In this document: positions 1-13,620 of the stretch, one piece after another | Numbering within the stretch: position 1 is the stretch's first letter | Layout of the letters: every line of letters begins with the position of its first letter | From: Ancylonema sp. | Taxonomy: Eukaryota | Assembly: GCA_050230475.1 (NCBI GenBank) | Contig: JBFLGF010000071.1 | Span: 53,035 to 73,034 of the forward strand | Direction of reading: 5' to 3' | DNA: 20,000 nt | The notes under the pieces: generated by a model | The model's database searches: none | Told to the model about the DNA's origin: nothing | What the model saw: only the letters and a program-made list of their open reading frames with translations | Program-made: the position numbers and the translations under genes

Positions 1-477
1 TTCTGCTCAAATGGCGGCCGGCCGACAGGCGGTCGCCTCGCAGGTGCCCACCCTCAGTCACAGCAGAGAGAAATCTCGGCGTCGAAAAGAGAGGCCAAAA
101 TGACGTCCAGGGAAAGATCACTTTCAATACAGTGCAGCCTTAATATAGTGACAATTTTATGGCATGGGGATTCAATGGCACCATATCGAATGCTTGGGTT
201 GTCACACTGTATAGTGACATTTGATATAGCGACAATAGGCAAATGTCACTATATCGAGAGAAAGTGAAATTAAGGTCGGTATTTTTAAGGGAGGTGGCTC
301 ATCTAAATAGAGTTTTTTATAACATTCTCTCGCTACCGTAAAACCTTTCTACATGACCAATGTTGGAACCATTATAAGAATGACATTAGACTGGTTCTTA
401 ATTTACACGTCACATTTGGGGTGAAAACCGAAATCGGGCGAAATATGATAGATTAAAGTAGACAGGTTGTTGTTTTT

Positions 478-522
478 TACAGTATATACTTGTACAGTAT
501 ATACAGTATATACAGTATATAC
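478..522. repeat. Short tandem array of TACAGTATA (4 TACAGTA cores)
   Basis: TACAGTA at 478, 493, 502 and 511. The array is absent from the paralogous MITE copy near 17340-17370. Confidence 0.8.
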
Positions 523-628
523 TCTCCGTATAGTGACATCGCAATATCAAAATATGAGATTTCTTGGTCACTATACCGTAGCGGCCAGAGATAATGCGCC
601 AGCAAATCCGAAAAATATTAGTAGAAAT

Positions 629-1101
629 TGTTGACTTCCAGACATTTTCTGGAAGTGGATCGACTAAGTTCAAGACTATAACTCAACGATAGAAAACTTC
701 TCCATGCAAATACACGCAAAGCAAAGAACGATTGCAAAGCCGCAATTTTGGTGAGACAAAATTAATTTGAGTGTTAGCCAAAATTCGGCTCACATACTCC
801 GAGCAATGTTTGGCACAATCGTGCCGAGCCCCATCAACAGGGTGACATGTATGACAAGGCATCCACGTCGAAAGACTCTAAAGGATAATTCCACTCTATT
901 CGAAATATCACCACTTGTTGATATTGTCGAATCTAAGCCCCTAACTTGGTACCGACACTTGTACACATGTCCTAGTTTTCTCACACCAATTTACTTAGCA
1001 ACTTATTGATACTACAACAAGTTATTGCAATATCAATGAAAACAAATAACAAATCGACAACCCGTCGACAAATCAATGTTGCGACATTATTAATTCTAAC
1101 A
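629..1101 (-). repeat. 3' LTR of the copia element (473 bp)
   Basis: TGTTGAC...TTCTAACA; direct repeat of 5286-5758 with about 14 substitutions (counted by eye) and several indels; adjacent to the PPT. Confidence 0.96.
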
Positions 1102-1110
1102 CACCCTCCT
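1102..1110 (-). other. Polypurine tract of the copia element
   Basis: AGGAGGGTG on the minus strand directly precedes the TGTTAG start of the 3' LTR. Confidence 0.8.
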
Positions 1111-4100
1111 AATGCTTAGTGCGAGACTGGTATATCGGATTTTCCACTAGCGCCTTGGCACTCTCACTGTTTGTCTTCAGCACAATCACCTGCTTCCCAA
1201 CCTCGGGAACCATCAGCTCTCCCCCTTTCATCTCAAACTGCAGCTGACTCAGGAAACTGGCTTCTTGGGCAGCCATGGCCAAAGCTAGATACTCCGTCTC
1301 GCAAGTGCTCAACGTGTTGTTTCCCACAGCTTTGCTCTGCCAGCTAATGGCCCCTCTAGCTGACATGAAGCAGTAGCCTGCCCTCCCCCTCATAGTGTCT
1401 GGACAGCTATTGTGACCTGCATCTACATATCCCCAGATATCCATATCTACTCCCCTTCGATACACAATGCCCTCACCCACTGTTCCCCTCAAGTAGCGCA
1501 AGACCCTCAAGACACCCTCCCAATGTTTGAGGCCTAGATTCTCCGCAAACCTACAAAGGCTACTCACTGCCTCTGCCAGATCTGGACGAGTGCCACCTGA
1601 AAGGTATAAGAGACTCCCAATAGCCTGCTTGTAAGGGTAGACTGGCATCTTGTGAATCTCCTCCACTGTGGACGGAGCATCAGCCATAGACAGTTTGACC
1701 CCCGGGTCAAGTGGAGTGGATGCTCGCCTGCAGTCCTCCATGCGGAAACGCTTCAGCACGTCCCCCCCATACTTCTCCTGGCAAACAAGGATGTCCCCAT
1801 TGGGCTGCCTCCGCACCTCAAATCCCAGCATATACTTCAACTCCCCCAGATCTTTCATCTTGAAGTTCTGCATCAGGAGGGCCTTCACAGGGAGCAAAGT
1901 GGCCAGGAACTTGGAGAGCATCCCCAAGTCGTCCACGTAGAGACTGAAGAAGATCTGCTTCTCCCCCTCCCCCATCACGTACACACCGAAGTCAGCTGTC
2001 AGGCGCATAAAGTTGATCTTCCCGAGGACAGCATCAATGTGGATGTTCCACAGACGACTCGCCTGCTTCAGCCCGTAGATGCACTTAAAAAGCAGCAGCA
2101 CCTTGTCTCCTGGAGGCCCCTCCATGCCCTCTGGCATCTCCATGAAGACCTCCCCATCGATGTCTGCGTAGAGGAAGGCAGTTGTGACGTCCATCTGCTG
2201 CATCACGAGCCCCTGGGAAGCTGCATAGGCGAAGAGCAGCCGGAGACTCTCATGGCGCACCACTGGCGCAAAAGTCTTGTCGTGGTCAATCCCCTCGCGC
2301 TCGGAATAGCCCTTTGCCACCACTCGCCCCTTGTATCTCTCCACCTCTCCATCAGACTGCACCTTCACCCGCAGCACCCAGCGCACCCCAATGACCTTCT
2401 TGTGCTTGGGGCGATCCACTATGTGGTAGACCTTGTTGTCAATAAGACTCTGCAGCTCCTCAACACAAGCCTCACGCCAGGCTTTGCCATCAGCACCACG
2501 GACAGCGTCACGGTAGGTAGCTGGAGCATCAGGGGTGCTGGTCGTGGCAGAAGCCAGCAGAACGTCGGCGAATGACCGCCGAGGAGGGACACCGAGCTCC
2601 TCGATGGAGAGTGAGGAGACATAGATCTCCTCATCGAAACGGGTCGCAGGCACTCCTCGATTCCCCCTCTCATTTTGACGAGGTTCAGCCGGGGGAGCGA
2701 CATAAGGTAGGTCGTCTGCGGGCGCCATATCCCCAGGCGCCTCCCCCCCAGCACCTGCGTCAACATCAGGGACAGCACCCCCCCCATCAGGATCCGGTCC
2801 AGCACATGGAAGGGCAGGCAAAGCAGGCATAGGAGGTAGGCCATCAAACTCGAGAGGCTCATCATCATCACCATCATGACAATCTGGTTGGGAATTCTGC
2901 TTTTTCCACCAGCCAGGAGCTACATCCTCATCAAAGTCTGCCCCCCCCACATCATACACCTTCCTGGATTGTGGGTCCCAAATGCGATAGCCAGGAGAGT
3001 TAGAGGTGTAACCCACTAACACCCCCTCCCAAGCCACCGCACCCCACTTTCCACCCCATGCCGACTTCTCCAAGTTGCAGAAGGCCTTGCACCCAATGAC
3101 TCTGAACTTGGAGACCGTCGGCACTTTACCATTCCACATCTCAAGTGGAGTCTTGGGCTGGCCGGAGACGGGAGTCACGTTCCGGAGCACGCTCGATGTA
3201 GTGATAACCTCTCCCCACAGCGGCTTAGGTAGCGCCATCTCCAGAATGATGGCTCGGGCTTTCTCCTGCAGCGTCCTGTTCATGCGCTCAGCTATGCCGT
3301 TGTTTTCTGGATTGCGAGGTGCCGCATACTGCTGGTCGACCCCCCTCCTCATCAACGCTTCCCTGAAACTGGTAGAAATGAATTCCCCCCCTTTGTCCGA
3401 GCGCAGCACTTTCAGCCGTGTCCCACTCTGGGTTTCGACTATTGGCAGCCACAAGAAGACTCTTCCTCTGCATCAGACTTTGCCTTCAATAAAATCACCC
3501 AAGAGCGACGACTGAAAACGTCTACGAGCACCATGTCATAAAATGCCCCCCCTAGAGTACAAGACTTGTTAGGATCGGCAAGATTCATCACAACCAGATT
3601 CAGAGGACCGCGAAGGTCAGGGTCAGGGACTGCGGCAAAGTGAGGGTGGCGAGTCATCTTCGCAAGCTTGCAGGGGGTGCAAAAATCGAATTTTCCCACC
3701 ACGTTTTCCACGCCAAGCACCATCCGCTCCCGCACCATCCGCTCATCATGGCGACCCCTATGCCCCAACCGTCGGTGAAGCAGATTGAAAGGAGTTGCGC
3801 TGCGAATCCCTCGAAAACGCCAAGGGACATGTCGTCGACGCCCACGTGTACCACCCGACTGTCCAGAATTGGCCGACAAAGCTTGCTCTCCGTCATCGTG
3901 GCAATCTGAACTCTCCTCTCGCCCACCACTTTCTTGATGACGATCTTGTCGGGCTGCTCGTCGTAGACGGGAGTGAAACCAGCCTGACGAAGCTTCTGAA
4001 TTGAGAAAACGTTCACCCGCATGTGGGGACGTAAAGTACGTCTGTCAATTCCAACACACTTTGCCGATTCTGATCGCCAACACACGCTAGTAGAACTGTC

Positions 4101-5302
4101 CCCCACTGAGTCACGGCAACCGTGCCGCTGACTTGGTGAAATTGTGGCTGAACTTTCCATCTCTCGAAAGCGAACTGAAACTCGCAATGTTGGTGCACAC
4201 ATGATGGGAAGAGCTTGAATCCCCCAAAAATGGCTTCTTCAAGCTCTTCTCGTCTTGTGAAAGCATACCGACATGCACTTCGACGTCGATCGCACACGAC
4301 TCGAATTGTCCCGCTTCAGAAGTGTGAACTTCAGCCCTTTTGCTCGAACATGCCTTCTCGATATGGCCCACTTTGTTGCAATTGCGACACGTCAACTTCT
4401 TGAACTTGCATTGATTTGCGAAGTGACCGGTGTTGCCGCGAGCGTAACAAGTCTTGTCCGTTTTCCCTTTGTAACCTCTGCCAGTGTCAGCCTTCCCCTT
4501 TTCCTTGCGGTCGAACTTCTGTCCGCTACCGCTGCCACCTTTGCCGCCGTACTGGTGTCACAGGGCCTCCATTTGCGCCTCTAACGCCTCATTGCCAGAT
4601 GTACCCGAACTACCCGAATTGGAGCCCTTTTGCGCACGAAATTCTGAATCGTCGTCTCGCATGCGCTCTTTGATCCAATCGATGATGCACCGAAGTCGCG
4701 GGGCCAATGTAATTGTTGATTGTGCCTGTTTGATGCCTTTGTACTGATCATTGCACCTTGCAAGAAGAGTACGTCAAAGTCCCGGCACTCAAAGCACACC
4801 CTTGCGTCTTGGCCTTTCTCTCGATGATGTCCCATCGGGTAATCGTGTCATCGGCAGATTTACCTCGCTTGTGCTCGAACGAGAGCACAGCCTTCGCAGC
4901 TCGATCCGCTTTAGTGGCCGTAATACGCTCAAAACGGGCCACTAGCCGGGTCCAGATTTCTTTGGGATTCGTGCTAACGGACTCAATGACCATATAAATG
5001 TCGTCGCTTAGACTCTGCACAATTAAGCTCGCTGCCTTTGCAATTTCTCGGTCCTAATCTGTTTCGGCCTTTTTCATCGTGTCGATCGCAGCCTGATTCG
5101 TGACCACACCACTTGTGCCCAAAATGGCGGTCGGTAGTGGGCCCAGACGCACTCTCGTCCCGTCGACAATGTCCAGGACCCCATTGACTAGGAGGCCGGC
5201 TTTCATCTTGCCGTACCATGGAGCCCAGTTGGCCTCCGTCAAAATCAGGCCGGCTCTAATGCCGCCTTCACTTGCTCTGATACCATGTTGACTTCCAAAC
5301 AT
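1109..5302 (-). pseudogene. Copia gag-pol polyprotein disrupted by a stop and several frameshifts; the integrase core, RT and partial RNase H remain open (1109-3454)
   Basis: Gag N-terminus LTEANWAPWYGKMKAGLLVNGVLDIVDG; in-frame TAG at 5054-5056; zinc knuckle CRNCNKVGHIEKAC; protease-like FLGDSSSSHHVC and LTDVLYVP; LHRRLGH...CTPCKLAK; integrase LRSDKGGEF and NGIAERMNRTL; RT YGLKQASRLW and LYVDD; RNase H GYVDA, STCETEYLA and RTKH. The motifs fall in different reading frames. Confidence 0.95.
5274..5285 (-). other. Primer-binding site for initiator tRNA-Met
   Basis: TGGTATCAGAGC on the minus strand, directly abutting the 5' LTR; this is the canonical plant tRNA-iMet PBS. Confidence 0.95.
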
Positions 5303-5758
5303 TTTCTAGAAGTGGATCGACTAAGTTCAAGACTATATAGAAAACTTCTCCATGCAAATACACGCAAAGCAAAGAACGATTGCAAAGCCGAAATTTTGGT
5401 GAGACAGAATTTCTTATTGAGCGCAATTTTGGTGAGACATAATTAATTTGAGTGTTAGCCGAAAGTCGGCTCACATACTCCGAGCAATGTTTGGCACAAT
5501 CGTGCCCAGCCCCATCAACAGAGTGACATGTATGACAAGGCATCCACGTTGGCAGACTCTAAAGGATAGTTCCACTCTATTCGAAAATATCACCACTTGT
5601 TGATATTGTCGAATCTAAGCCCTTAACTTGGTACTGACACTTGTACACATGTCTAGTTTTCTCACACCAATTTACTTAGCAACTTATTGATACTACAACA
5701 AGTTATTGCAATATCAATGAAAACAAATAACAAATTTGCGACATTATTCATTCTAACA
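5286..5758 (-). repeat. 5' LTR of the copia element (473 bp)
   Basis: TGTTGAC...TTCTAACA; adjacent to the PBS on one side and the GAAAT TSD on the other. Confidence 0.96.
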
Positions 5759-7096
5759 GAAATAGGCTCCAAACAGTTGCGCCAACCAAATTTAATTAAA
5801 TAGTACGCGCCATAAGTGTGCGCCTGACAAACTTTAATTAATAAAAATGATCCAAAAAATAGTTGCGCCACGGGTTTTCCTCTTTATTTAATATGATCCA
5901 ATTTTACTTGCGCCACCCTGTACAGGCAAGAGGGAGACCTCAACCCTCGGGTTCTCGGCTCCTCGAGCCCAACCACCTGGTCAAAGACCGCTTTTCGTAC
6001 ACAAGCCCGTGATAGCGCAGCTCACAGCCCGTGGCGTGATCAAATGCTTGATTACAAGCATCTCTCGCCACAATAATTCTTGAAATTATGTCATCGATGT
6101 AGAAAATGAATTTCCGCTATTTATATTTTTGCGCCAAAATTTCGTCAATTTGAATTATTTGTTTGCGCCAAAACGGTGATCCAGCGAGATCAAAATAATT
6201 AATATAGTATCCGCCAAACACGTGTGCGCCATGCACTTTGGCAATTGTTTTTTGGCGCATTATCTCTTGCCGCTACGGTTATGTGTGTCACTATAGCGAT
6301 TGTCACTATATGAAGTAGGTTTTTTCATGTAGGATTAGAAAAGGGGCAAAAATAATGTCATTATATCGAGATTGTCACTGTAGAGTGTGTCACTATATGA
6401 AGACTGCACTGTACACATTGTCACACGCATTGAAACGATCTCTACAACCCGATAAATATTGATCCAAGGGGGGATATCTTGTGCCGGGAGGTACATCCCA
6501 AGTGGGGTTAGGGATACGAAGACGGGACAAGACCCCCGAATCATCCCGTAAAAACCACTTAACCCTAGAATCACGAGCAAATTTATTAAAAGCACCACGA
6601 ATTGTAGATCATGAAACCGGGAGGGGGGTAGGTAAGAAACTTAATCCACGCCCTAATACTCATTTCTCCGTAATAGTAAGCTCTCTAGCAGAGAGGTTAT
6701 ATGCAACTATCTTCGTGAGTACAGAGTTAACTACGGTGATAGGGAGATCCCGTGTAACATCAGAGATGTGTGCGGGACATCTAAGTTGTAAAGAAGTTTG
6801 CATAGCAAGTCTTTTGCGTCTCCAATAATTAAACCCATGGGAACGACAGGTCGATAGTGAAGAGGAGGAACCATGTACCTAGGTAGCTGGTTTTTTTTTG
6901 TATTCCCGACCCCGTGACCTGTCACCCTTGGTTATTCTCAGCACCCTGGCTTTGAACGTTTACCACACGAACACTGGCATAGTAGTAACTGTTGATCCAA
7001 ATCAACCGACATCAAAGAAAAAATTTCTGGATTACCTCACCGGCGTACTAGACTTCGGCATTCTAGTGTAGGGACATAATGCGTATAGACCCCTTA

Positions 7097-7452
7097 CTAA
7101 CTGCGTACAGACCCCCGTAATATCGGAAAAACGGCAAAACTCATAATGTCGCTGTACATAGGGGGCCATGGCCGTCCAAACCGTGGTTTCGTTATGGGAG
7201 TTGTTCGTACTTCGACGCCCTACGAATTATCTACGACCCTTTCCACTGACGGGGACCGTAGATACGGTTCGATTAAGATTTGGAGGCCTGTGAGCCGTCA
7301 GTCTGTCGTACAGATTATTCTTTAGATTCGACCGATTCTCGTTGGGCGACGTGGCTGTCGCTGAAACCAGTACCGGTGACGGAGATTTGCGCATAACGAC
7401 ATTATGAGTTTTGCCGTTTTCCCGATATTACGGGGGTTCTGTACGCAGTTAG
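7097..7452. mobile_element. 356-bp MITE with about 55-bp terminal inverted repeats
   Basis: CTAACTGCGTACAGACCCCCGTAATATCGGAAAAACGGCAAAACTCATAATGTCG (7097-7151) is the near-perfect reverse complement of 7397-7452 (1 indel, 1 substitution). Flanks are TA (left) and CA (right), possibly a mutated TA TSD. It is non-coding. Confidence 0.85.
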
Positions 7453-7844
7453 CAGAAACCCGAAATTAAGCAGAAGTGTAACCCCTTTCTTAAAATATGC
7501 CCCTCTGCCCTCGACCATGTCGTCAGCGTTCAGGCAGCACATAAGGGAATGGCAATGCTTGTAGGTGCCCTTGCAGAGCACCTATATGCTATGCACACAA
7601 CGCAGAATGTGTAGTGCTTATGTTCGAAAAAGAAACGTGGCACTTATTATGATCTCAATGCGATATTCAATTGTAGCGGTATTCGCCGAAAGAGATATTG
7701 CTTACATTTTCAGTCGGGGTTGAAGTTGTCGACCATTTTGCTATCCGGGTGCCGATAGTCTATCAGTATGGGGGGCGCGGATAAATTGTTGCATTTTACT
7801 TCTGCATACGATATGCGGGAGTAAAATTGTTGGTCTGGAAGGGA

Positions 7845-11109
<3,265 letters not shown>

Positions 11110-11797
11110 GCCAGTCGACCGTCCATTATTCAGTCACGAGGGTTCATGTAGGAAACGGATGTCAGGGACAGGTGTGTGCTCTTGGTGGTCGGTTGGGGAC
11201 TTTCTTTGAGTTGTCTCGGGGTGGACAGGTAGGGAGTTGTACAGTATGAGGGAATCTTCGGTAGTTTGTTGGTAAAATAAATGTACAAAGAGATCGGGAG
11301 TTTCTGAGTTTTATAGATTCGCATCTTTAGTGGAATCATGATTGGAGTGGAATCATGTAAACAGCAGTAATTTGTAAATGTGTCACAGAGTAGGAAGAAC
11401 AGGGACGAGTCCCATCAAGCTCGTTATCGATGCGGTGTCAGTCAATACTTCATTATGTCTTTCGCAGTCGTTTCCTTCTCTCAATGTACTTAAGGTTATG
11501 TACGTGTGTGTGCCCCATGTCGTATGACCTCCGCAATTTAGTAGTGCTGGTCAATAATTCGAATACGATGATTGGGGTCTCAATGATGGTCGCAGAGCAA
11601 TTCAAAAAGGCATTCGTTGAATATTTATAGGTTCTATGGAGATCAGCTGTAGCATTGAACATCATTATTTCGAAGCCGCCGCTGCTGAATGCTGTACTTC
11701 ACAAACCATGTCTCTCAAAATATGTTTCTGGTTTCTTTTCCTTGTCTGCTTACGCAGACCAGGATACCAATAATCCACAAGCTATATTATTTTCAGT

Positions 11798-11897
11798 TAT
11801 GTTATCCACAAACTATGTTATCCACAGACTATGTTATCCACAAGTTGTGTTATTCACAAACTATGTTATCCACAAGTTATGTTATCCACACGTTATG
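11798..11897 (+). repeat. 16-bp minisatellite, 6 units, consensus TATGTTATCCACA plus 3 variable bases
   Basis: TTATCCACA at 11802, 11818, 11834, 11866 and 11882; TTATTCACA at 11850; a degenerate TAATCCACA at 11771. Confidence 0.95.
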
Positions 11898-12363
11898 TTC
11901 TTTGCGTTATGTTACTTAATATGTTAAAAAAAATGAAAAATGAAAAATGCTTGTCGAACATCACAAATTTTGCCAAAAAGTCGATTTGATACAATGCACG
12001 AAGGTAATATACAACCCGTGTCGGACTCTCACTCACTCTCAGTGGTTCGAGTCCAGTGCAGGCTCCTTAAATTGGAGGATGTTGCCACCTACTCCCTAAC
12101 TTCTCTGTAGACCCTCAGCTGCCAGCTGTTTTTGCCTATGTACACACTTTTCTGGACGAAGTTTGACCGAAACCCCTACTGACACATGCTCGGCGCTAGT
12201 GCGACCACATAACCATGGCGGCCTGACAGAGAGCCGTGCAATGCCCTTCGCTTGTCATATATCTGGGAGATAATAATCAGCCAGGTTGAAAATCACCTGC
12301 TGGACACTCTCTGCATGTAAATTCCTAAGTGCACTTCACAATGACCTCAGTCATTGCCATCAA

Positions 12364-13620
12364 TCACATGTAATCAGACCACCCAAAACACGGAACGATA
12401 CTTTCTCGAGAGTCCGGCGGCGGAGTGTAATAGTTCGGTGACATATTAAGGCAGCGGGTGCAGTGCCCACTCGTCCGAATAGGACTGAGCTGCCCGCACA
12501 TCTTCACGAGGCAGAGATCGCTCTCTTCCAGCCGTCGATTCAACTCCGCCTCAAAGGAATCGGACGAGGCGATACTGCTCGGACTGTCACAACTGCAAGC
12601 GTTGACCAAAGTCAAGGGGAAACGAAGACACGCAAAAGAATGAAGTCAGTTCGGGCAGCTCTGTTTCTTTACCGTGGCATTTGTGATCCAGTCAGGTGGA
12701 ACTTGGCGACTCGATAGCATACCATGTATAAAGTCGTCGGCCTTCCTGTAGCGTTCGCAACTCCATCATGTTTGCATGTATGTGCTAACAGCGCGAATGT
12801 GGCTACTTTTATTTGCCGTATCTGTCCTTCCCCTGTCTGCCACGCTATAACTCATGCACAAGGCGAGAGCACCACTGCTAGAGCCTCTTTTCCAAATATC
12901 CAGTCGGCTCCCGTAGCAACCAACTTTCACATGCAGAATGACAAGGCTGTGACCAACAGCCATGTCACCGGGGCTGCTCGTTTATTTTTTAAACAAAAAT
13001 CGGTGTTACCCAGAGCAGCTCTTGGTCTCCTTCAAGTTGTCACTGGTTACTCATAAGGTTACGACAGCGGGGAAGGATTCGGCCGAAACGGAAAGCTTGG
13101 TCCCATCATGTGTGAAACTCATAATTCTTTCTTACGAATGTCTTCGAACAAGAGTGCCTCGGGCCGTTTCAGAGTGCCTCTTTGCAACCTTGCAGCTCTC
13201 CAATCATTCCGGGCGATACACCGTAGAAGTTAGGCAGTTGGTCAGCAATTGAACTCTTCACTTGCCTCTAACAAATGCAAAGTCCACTTTCTAATACCGG
13301 ATTCCGGCGTTCTGTAGGACCGCCTACTTCTTACACCAGTAGGCTTTTAAAGTTCAACTTACCCCCTCAATGCTCTTGTTTTTCGCACTTGATATTAGTT
13401 TTCAAGTTGCAACAGTGAAGATAGAATCGGATTTACCTGTAGTCGCTATCGGAAGCTTCCATATTATTTGAAAGTTCCCGCAAGAACAGCGATCCCACTG
13501 GACAGACGTCTGGCTTTTATGTGACAAATTTCTATATTTTGCAAGTGATCTTCTGAGTAGCAGCAGTTTTTCCTTTTTCCTTCGGCTCTTCTAGCGTATT
13601 TTGCGTCTCTGCGATACATG
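12364..13620 (-). pseudogene. Possible spliced gene or pseudogene of unknown function
   Basis: A convincing minus-strand intron at 12592-12672 (GTAAAG...pyrimidine tract...TTGCAG) joins RPTTLYMVCYRVAKFHLTGSQMPR in phase to CDSPSSIASSDSFEAELNRRLEESDLC...WSDYM*. Upstream protein-like stretches (about 13437-13620) contain in-frame TAG/TAA. No family recognised. Confidence 0.3.

Larger units (their letters stand above)
629..5758 (-). mobile_element. Full-length, decayed Ty1/copia LTR retrotransposon (5130 bp)
   Basis: Two TG...CA LTRs; exact 5-bp TSD GAAAT (624-628 and 5759-5763); PBS and PPT present; domain order gag-PR-IN-RT-RH, which is diagnostic of copia. Confidence 0.98.
576..6278. mobile_element. 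Non-autonomous DNA transposon (MITE) with CCGTA termini, Tc2-like Tc1/mariner, about 570 bp without the copia
   Basis: Left TIR CCGTAGCGGCCAGAGATAATGCGCCA (576-601) matches the reverse complement of TGGCGCATTATCTCTTGCCGCTACGG (6253-6278) at 25/26. It is flanked by TA on the left and TTA on the right (imperfect TA TSD), has about 8 GCGCCA repeats, and interrupts the outer MITE at a point that is continuous in the 16987-17529 copy. Confidence 0.85.
130..6411. mobile_element. Non-autonomous Tc1/mariner-superfamily (pogo/Tigger-type) MITE, about 580 bp once nested insertions are removed
   Basis: Left end TA|CAGTGCAGCCTTAATATAGTGACA starts at 130; right end TGTCACTATATGAAGACTGCACTG|TA ends at 6411. 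This gives a 24-bp TIR with 2 mismatches, TA on both sides, and many internal TATAGTGACA/TGTCACTATA repeats. A colinear diverged copy without the inserts lies at 16987-17529. Confidence 0.88.

Noticed and set aside
1652..2575. 307-aa plus-strand ORF and other antisense ORFs over the copia
   Set aside because: These are antisense shadows of the GC-rich RT frame with no motifs.
6419..6925. Possible solo LTR (TGTCAC...GTGACC) or an insertion bounded by TGTCAC direct repeats
   Set aside because: The end is not CA, there is no consistent TSD, and there is no second copy in the window.
11798..11897. CRISPR-like array or a true bacterial oriC/contaminant
   Set aside because: The spacers are 7 nt and mutually similar, no cas or dnaA genes are present, and the flanks are clearly eukaryotic.
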